Shown in pieces: positions 58,602-64,000 of a stretch of 64,000 bases of DNA (positions are counted from its first letter, which is position 1; each line of letters starts with the position of its first letter). Source of the DNA: an uncultured Acidobacteriota bacterium (GTDB lineage Bacteria; Acidobacteriota; Vicinamibacteria; Fen-336); contig CAWGKR010000001.1 of NCBI GenBank assembly GCA_963823195.1, positions 38,559 to 102,558 of the forward strand. Direction: 5' to 3'. The notes under the pieces are model-generated. The model ran no database searches, had not been told where the DNA came from, and saw only the letters and a program-made list of their open reading frames with translations. The translations under genes and the position numbers were made by a program.

Positions 58602-60983
58602 ATGTCGATCAAGACGCTCTTCGAGACGTTGGAGTACGGCCCCGCACCCGAAAGCTCGGCCAAGGCGAGGGAGTGGATCCAGGCCCATCAGGGCGAGTTC
58701 AAGCTCTACGTCGGCGGCGAGTGGGTCCGTCCGAAGGCCGGCTCCTACTTCGAGGTTCTCGATCCGGGGGCGGGGCACGCCATCGCCCGGGTCGCCCAGG
58801 CCGAGGCCGCCGATCTGGAGCGGGCGGTGAAGGCGGCTCGGAGCGCGCTCCCCGAGTGGAGCGTGGCGCCCGGCCACGCGCGGGCTCGGCATCTCTACGC
58901 CCTGGCGCGGGCCGTCCAGAAGCACTCGCGGCTCCTCGCGGTCCTGGAGACGCTGAACAACGGGAAGCCCATCCGCGAGAGCCGCGACGCCGACATCCCC
59001 CTCGCCGCCCGCCACTTCTACCACCACGCGGGCTGGGCGCAGCTCATGGAGCGCGAGTTCCCGGGCTACGGGCCCCACGGCGTCGTGGGCCAGATCATCC
59101 CCTGGAACTTCCCGCTGCTCATGCTCGCGTGGAAGATCGCGCCGGCCCTGGCCGCCGGGAACACGGTGATCCTGAAGCCGGCGGAGTTCACGCCGCTCAC
59201 GGCGCTCGCTTTCGCGGAGTTGGCCCACGAGGCCGGGTTGCCGCCGGGCGTCCTGAACGTCCTCACGGGCGACGGCGCCACCGGGAAGCTGATCGTGGAC
59301 CATCCCGGCATCGACAAGATCGCCTTCACGGGCTCCACGGAGGTGGGACGCGCGATCCGCCTCGCCACCGCGGGCTCGGGAAAGAAGCTGAGCCTGGAGC
59401 TGGGGGGCAAGAGCCCGTTCGTGGTGTTCGAGGACGCGGACCTCGACAGCGTCGTGGAGGGCGTGGTGGACGCCATCTGGTTCAACCAGGGGCAGGTCTG
59501 CTGCGCCGGGTCGCGGCTCCTGGTGCAGGAGAGCGTCGCGGAGCGGCTGCTCACCAAGCTGCGGGCCCGGATGGAGAGCCTGCGCATCGGATCGCCGCTG
59601 GACAAGAGCGTGGACATGGGGGCGATCGTGGCGCCGGTCCAGCTGGGGCGCATCCGCGGGCTCGTGGAGAAAGGCCTCGCCGAGGGCGGAACGATGTGGC
59701 AGCCATCGTGGGCTTGTCCCACCGAGGGTTTCTTCTACCCGCCCACGATCTTCAGCGACGTCGGCCCGTCCGCGACGTTGGCGCAGGTCGAGATCTTCGG
59801 CCCGGTCGTCGTGGCGATGACGTTTCGGACGCCGTCCGAGGCGGTGCTCCTGGCCAACAACACGCCTTACGGCCTGGCCGCGAGCCTCTGGAGCGAGAAC
59901 ATCAACCTCGCCCTCGACGTCGCCCCGAAGATCAAGGCCGGAGTCGTGTGGATCAACTCGACGAACCAGTTCGACGCGGCGTCCGGATTCGGTGGGTATC
60001 GCGAGTCCGGCTTCGGCCGCGAAGGGGGGCGCGAGGGATTCTGGGAGTACCTGAAGCCCGTCGTTTCGCCCACCGCCGCCGGCGTGCCTCCCCCCCGCGT
60101 CCTCGTCCCGAGGCCCCCCTCGGTCGAAGGGACCGCGCCTCCGGCCATCGACCGGACGCCGAAGCTCTTCATCGGCGGGAAGCAGGCTCGCCCCGACTCG
60201 GGGTACAGCCGGAAGGTTCTCTCGCCGACCGGGGAGGTCCTGGGCGAGGTCGGCGACGGGAACCGAAAGGACATCCGGAACGCGGTGGAGGCGGCCCACG
60301 CCGCCGCGGGCTGGGGCACGGCTACGGCGCACCTGCGCGCGCAGATCCTGTACTACGTCGCCGAGAACCTCTCGGCCCGCGCCGAGGAGTTCAGGCGCCG
60401 GATCCAGGCCATGACGGGAGCGGGAGCAAGCGCCACGGCCCGGGAAGTGGAGGCGTCGATCTCGCGCCTCTTCACCTACGCCGCCTGGGCCGACAAGTAC
60501 GACGGCGCCGTCCACAGCGTGCCCATCCGGGGCCTGGCGATGGCGATGAACGAGCGCATCGGCGTCATGGGGCTCGCCTGTCCGGAGTCGTTCCCGCTTC
60601 TGGGCCTCGTCTCTCTCGTCGCGCCGGCCATCGCGATGGGGAACACGGTCGTCGCAGTCCCGTCCGAGGCCCATCCCCTGGCGGCGACGGATTTCTACAG
60701 CGTGCTGGAGACGTCCGACCTGCCGCCCGGCGTGGTCAATATCGTCACGGGAGAGAAGGACGCACTGGCCAGGGTTTTGGCGGAGCACGAGGACGTCGAC
60801 GCGGTCTGGTATTGCGGCACCCGGGACGGCGCCGCCGCCGTGGAGCGCGCCTCCATCGGCAACATGAAGCAGACGTGGACCGAGTGGGAGTCGAGGGACT
60901 GGCTCGGCGCCGTGGGCGAAGGGCCCGAGTTCCTGCGCCGCGCGACGCAGGTCAAGAACATCTGGATCCCGTACGGGGAGTGA
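58602..60983 (+). CDS. ALDH16-like aldehyde dehydrogenase with duplicated NAD-binding domain
   Basis: PWNFP, FTGST, LELGGKSP, GQVCCAG, then a second partial ALDH domain; 793 aa. Confidence 0.88.
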   Translation: MSIKTLFETLEYGPAPESSAKAREWIQAHQGEFKLYVGGEWVRPKAGSYFEVLDPGAGHAIARVAQAEAADLERAVKAARSALPEWSVAPGHARARHLYALARAVQKHSRLLAVLETLNNGKPIRESRDADIPLAARHFYHHAGWAQLMEREFPGYGPHGVVGQIIPWNFPLLMLAWKIAPALAAGNTVILKPAEFTPLTALAFAELAHEAGLPPGVLNVLTGDGATGKLIVDHPGIDKIAFTGSTEVGRAIRLATAGSGKKLSLELGGKSPFVVFEDADLDSVVEGVVDAIWFNQGQVCCAGSRLLVQESVAERLLTKLRARMESLRIGSPLDKSVDMGAIVAPVQLGRIRGLVEKGLAEGGTMWQPSWACPTEGFFYPPTIFSDVGPSATLAQVEIFGPVVVAMTFRTPSEAVLLANNTPYGLAASLWSENINLALDVAPKIKAGVVWINSTNQFDAASGFGGYRESGFGREGGREGFWEYLKPVVSPTAAGVPPPRVLVPRPPSVEGTAPPAIDRTPKLFIGGKQARPDSGYSRKVLSPTGEVLGEVGDGNRKDIRNAVEAAHAAAGWGTATAHLRAQILYYVAENLSARAEEFRRRIQAMTGAGASATAREVEASISRLFTYAAWADKYDGAVHSVPIRGLAMAMNERIGVMGLACPESFPLLGLVSLVAPAIAMGNTVVAVPSEAHPLAATDFYSVLETSDLPPGVVNIVTGEKDALARVLAEHEDVDAVWYCGTRDGAAAVERASIGNMKQTWTEWESRDWLGAVGEGPEFLRRATQVKNIWIPYGE

Positions 60984-60998
60984 TCGGGGGTTTCGAGG

Positions 60999-61733
60999 AT
61001 GACGGCACGACTCAAGGACAAGGTGGCGATCGTCACCGGGGCGAGCGCGGGCATCGGTCAGGCCTGCGCCCGGGCCCTCGCGGGCGAGGGCGCCAGGCTG
61101 GTGCTGACCGCGCGACGCAGCGAGCGGCTCGAAGCCCTGGCGGCCGAGGCCAAGACGCTCGGCGGAGAAGCCGTCTTCGTCGCCGGTGACGCCCGCGAGG
61201 AGGCGACCGCGCGCGCGGCGGTGGACCGCGCCACGACCGCTTTCGGGCGGATCGACATCCTGATCAACAACGCGGGCATGGGCAACTACAAGAACCTCGT
61301 GGACACGAACGCCGACGACTACGACGAGATGATGGACTCCAACGTCCGTTCCACGTTCCTGTTCGCGCGCCACGCGGTGCCCGTGATGATCCGCCAGCGC
61401 TCGGGGCTCGTGCTGATGATCTCGTCCATGGCCGGCGTCTACGGCTTCGCCGGCGAGGCCGTCTACTGCGCCACGAAGTTCGCCCAGGTCGGCTTCGCCC
61501 AGGCGCTGGACAAGGAGCTGCGTCCCCACGGCATCAAGGTCGGCGCCATCTGTCCCGGGGGCGTGAAGACCGAGTTCGCCATTGGCAAGGGCCGCACCGA
61601 GGCCGGCGTGGCCCAGTCCGGCATGCTCGAGGCCGACGACGTGGCGCAGGCCGTGCTCTTCGCCTGCACGCAGCCGCCGGGCTCGCGGATCATCGAGCTC
61701 CAGATGCGAACGATGGCGGAGGGGTTGACCTAA
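60999..61733 (+). CDS. SDR family oxidoreductase
   Basis: TGASAGIG, NNAG, SS, YCATK. Confidence 0.93.
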   Translation: MTARLKDKVAIVTGASAGIGQACARALAGEGARLVLTARRSERLEALAAEAKTLGGEAVFVAGDAREEATARAAVDRATTAFGRIDILINNAGMGNYKNLVDTNADDYDEMMDSNVRSTFLFARHAVPVMIRQRSGLVLMISSMAGVYGFAGEAVYCATKFAQVGFAQALDKELRPHGIKVGAICPGGVKTEFAIGKGRTEAGVAQSGMLEADDVAQAVLFACTQPPGSRIIELQMRTMAEGLT

Positions 61734-61792
61734 GGGCACACGAGAGAGGCGCCCGGAACCTCGGTCGGCTCCGCGGTGGGAGACCGCCAGCC

Positions 61793-62728
61793 ATGAACGA
61801 CCCGCAAGAACACCTGCCCCTCTTGAAGGCCCAGCTCGGCCGGGTCATCCTGGGGAAGGGCGAGGCGCTCGACCACGTCCTCGTGGCTCTCCTCTCGGCG
61901 AGTCATCTCCTGATCGAGGACGTGCCCGGCGTCGGGAAGACGACCCTCGCCAAGGCCCTGGCGCGGTCCTTCGCCGGCGACTTCAAGCGCGTGCAGTTCA
62001 CGCCGGACCTCCTGCCCAGCGACATTCTCGGCTCCTCGATCTTCAACCCGAAGGACGGAACGTTCACCTTCAGGGAAGGCCCGGTCTTCACCAACGTCCT
62101 CCTGGCCGACGAGATCAACCGCGCCTCGCCGCGAACGCAGTCCGCCCTGCTGGAGGCCATGGGCGAGCGGCAGGTGTCCCTCGAGGGGGAGACCCGCAAG
62201 CTCGCGACGCCGTTCCTCGTGATCGCCACCCAGAACCCGGAGGACTTTCACGGCACGTATCCCTTGCCGGAAGCGCAGCTCGACCGCTTCGGCCTCCGGA
62301 TCACGCTGGGCCGCCCCGACGCCGAGCAGGAGCTGGCGATGCTCTACAGCCAGTTCGACCACCACCCCCTCGAGGACATCGCGCCGATCGTGGACGTGGC
62401 CACGGTCCTGGTGCTGCAGTCCAAGGCCCGAGCGGTGCGCGTCGAGCGCTCGATCGGGAAATACATCGTCGGCCTCGTGGAGGCCACCGGGAGACACCCG
62501 TCCGTGCAACGCGGCTGCTCGCCCCGCGGCACGTTGTCGCTCTTCCGCGCGGCCCAGGCGCGCGCGCTCCTCAGGGGCAAGGACCATGTGGTTCCGGAGG
62601 ACGTGAAGATCGAGGCCGAGCCCGTCCTGGCCCACCGTCTGGCGCTGGAAACGAAGGCGCGCTACGCAGGGGTGTCGAAGGAGTCCGTGGTGCGCGACGC
62701 ACTGAACAAGGTCCCCGTCCCGGCCTGA
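61793..62728 (+). CDS. moxR: MoxR-family AAA+ ATPase
   Basis: EDVPGVGKT, RVQFTPDLLPSD, DEINR, ATQNP, QLDRF. Confidence 0.95.
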   Translation: MNDPQEHLPLLKAQLGRVILGKGEALDHVLVALLSASHLLIEDVPGVGKTTLAKALARSFAGDFKRVQFTPDLLPSDILGSSIFNPKDGTFTFREGPVFTNVLLADEINRASPRTQSALLEAMGERQVSLEGETRKLATPFLVIATQNPEDFHGTYPLPEAQLDRFGLRITLGRPDAEQELAMLYSQFDHHPLEDIAPIVDVATVLVLQSKARAVRVERSIGKYIVGLVEATGRHPSVQRGCSPRGTLSLFRAAQARALLRGKDHVVPEDVKIEAEPVLAHRLALETKARYAGVSKESVVRDALNKVPVPA

Positions 62729-62731
62729 GCC

Positions 62732-64000
62732 ATGGCCCAGGGCAGTCTCTTCGCACGCTCTCTCGACGCCTCGCGTCTCGCGACGCTCGCCCTCAAGGTG
62801 AACCGCGAGCGCCTCACCGCCCGCGGACGGTACGTGCTGTGGCTGGCGTTGGCGCTCGGGTTCGTCGGTGTGGACACGACACAGGCCCTCGTCTACGTGC
62901 TCTTTGCCCTGGCCGCCGGGCCTCTCGTTCTCGCGGGCCTCTGGATGCTCCGTCCCCGTCCCCGGGTCGAGGCCCGCGTCGAGCTCCCTCACAAGCTCAC
63001 CGCCGGCCGCGACCTGGCGGTGCGCATCGACGTGACCTCGTCCGGGACGCGCGCGAGCGGGCCCCTCGTCGCCGGGTGGGGATGGAAGGGTCGGGTGTCC
63101 GTCGGTCTCCGCTTCGAGCCGGGCGAGACGTTCCTCGAATGCTCGCCGGGCCGGGACGGACAGGCCCTGCTGAGCGTGCGAGCCGAGCGGCGTGGACGCT
63201 ACGAGCTTCCTCCGATCGGCGTCGGACGCACGGACCCGGTCGGTCTCCTCTCGACGCGGCGCGTGTGGAGGCCCGGCAGGGTCGTCCATGCCTGTCCACG
63301 GTTCTTCCACATGGAGGACCTGGCGCTGCCTCCCGGCCGACGCTACCAGCCTGGGGGCATCGCGCTCGCGTCTCGCCTCGGGGACTCCACCGAGTTCGTC
63401 GGGACCCGCGACTATCGCCAGGGCGATCCCCTCCGCCACATCCACTGGAGATCGTGGGCGCGGCGCGGCAAGCCGGTGGTCAAGGAGTTCGCCGAGGAAT
63501 ACTTCTCCCGCGTGGCTCTGGTTCTCGACACGTTCCTGCCGCGCCGGCCGAGGCCCGGGGAGACGCGGGCGTTCGAGGCCGCGATCTCGACCCTCGCGTC
63601 GATCGCCGACCACATGGGGCGGCGCGAGGACGTCGTGGACATATTCCTGGCCGGATCGAAGCCCCACGAGATCCGCATGGGCCGGAGTCTCGGCACGCTG
63701 GACACGGTGCTCGAGGAGCTGGCGTGTCTCGAGCCGTCCCACGAGCCGGCGTTCGAAGGCGTCGAGCCCTGGGTGATGGATCGGCTCGCGCGACTCACGA
63801 CCATCGTCGCGGTGGTCCTCGACTGGGACGAGGCGAGGGAGACCTTCCTGAGGGGAATTCGTGACCAGGGCGTGGCGGTGAAGATCTTCGTCGTGCGAGG
63901 GCGCCCCACCCGGCGCCCGCTCGGAGCCGCCGACGACTCGCTCGGATCCATCACGGTGATGACCCCCGAGGAGGTCGAGAGCCGCATCGCCGCGACCGAG
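62732..64000 (+). CDS. DUF58 domain protein (MoxR partner), runs off window end
   Basis: ERRGRY, EFVGTRDYRQGDPLRHIHWRSWARRGKPVVKEF. Confidence 0.88.
   Translation, partial: MAQGSLFARSLDASRLATLALKVNRERLTARGRYVLWLALALGFVGVDTTQALVYVLFALAAGPLVLAGLWMLRPRPRVEARVELPHKLTAGRDLAVRIDVTSSGTRASGPLVAGWGWKGRVSVGLRFEPGETFLECSPGRDGQALLSVRAERRGRYELPPIGVGRTDPVGLLSTRRVWRPGRVVHACPRFFHMEDLALPPGRRYQPGGIALASRLGDSTEFVGTRDYRQGDPLRHIHWRSWARRGKPVVKEFAEEYFSRVALVLDTFLPRRPRPGETRAFEAAISTLASIADHMGRREDVVDIFLAGSKPHEIRMGRSLGTLDTVLEELACLEPSHEPAFEGVEPWVMDRLARLTTIVAVVLDWDEARETFLRGIRDQGVAVKIFVVRGRPTRRPLGAADDSLGSITVMTPEEVESRIAATE

Overview
High-GC (roughly 70% by eye) bacterial chromosomal window, most likely from an Acidobacteriota (Vicinamibacteria-like) genome. 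The taxonomy is inferred from the ADOP permease, the Ser/Thr kinase-TPR protein and the ECF/HEAT loci. Left to right: (1) a signalling hub with two ECF sigma/anti-sigma pairs, an RsbW-STAS-FHA/GAF/PP2C partner switch, a Hanks kinase, two secreted HEAT-repeat proteins and an orphan ADOP permease; (2) amino-sugar/carbohydrate genes (GH2 exo-beta-glucosaminidase-like, ROK kinase, sodium:solute symporter plus a small membrane protein, GH109-like, Gfo/Idh/MocA); (3) a ~16-kb lipid-linked glycosylation island with seven GT-C-type membrane glycosyltransferases and a GT2 polyprenol-P-sugar synthase; (4) in the middle of that island, a complete endonuclease-less group II intron (31795-33847) inserted right at the start codon of an apparently leaderless gene, whose 3' end supplies a replacement SD and ATG; (5) envelope, redox and housekeeping genes (VKOR-DsbA, M13 peptidase, YhhQ, Bcp, tRNA-Val(CAC), class A PBP, LctP, Qor, PanE, DeoC-ALDH16-like-SDR, MoxR-DUF58). 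About 15 indel-type frameshifts cluster at 10-30 kb and ~57.5 kb and are probably assembly errors. No CRISPR array, rRNA, prophage or integrase was seen. All family calls come from motif recognition only; no searches were run.
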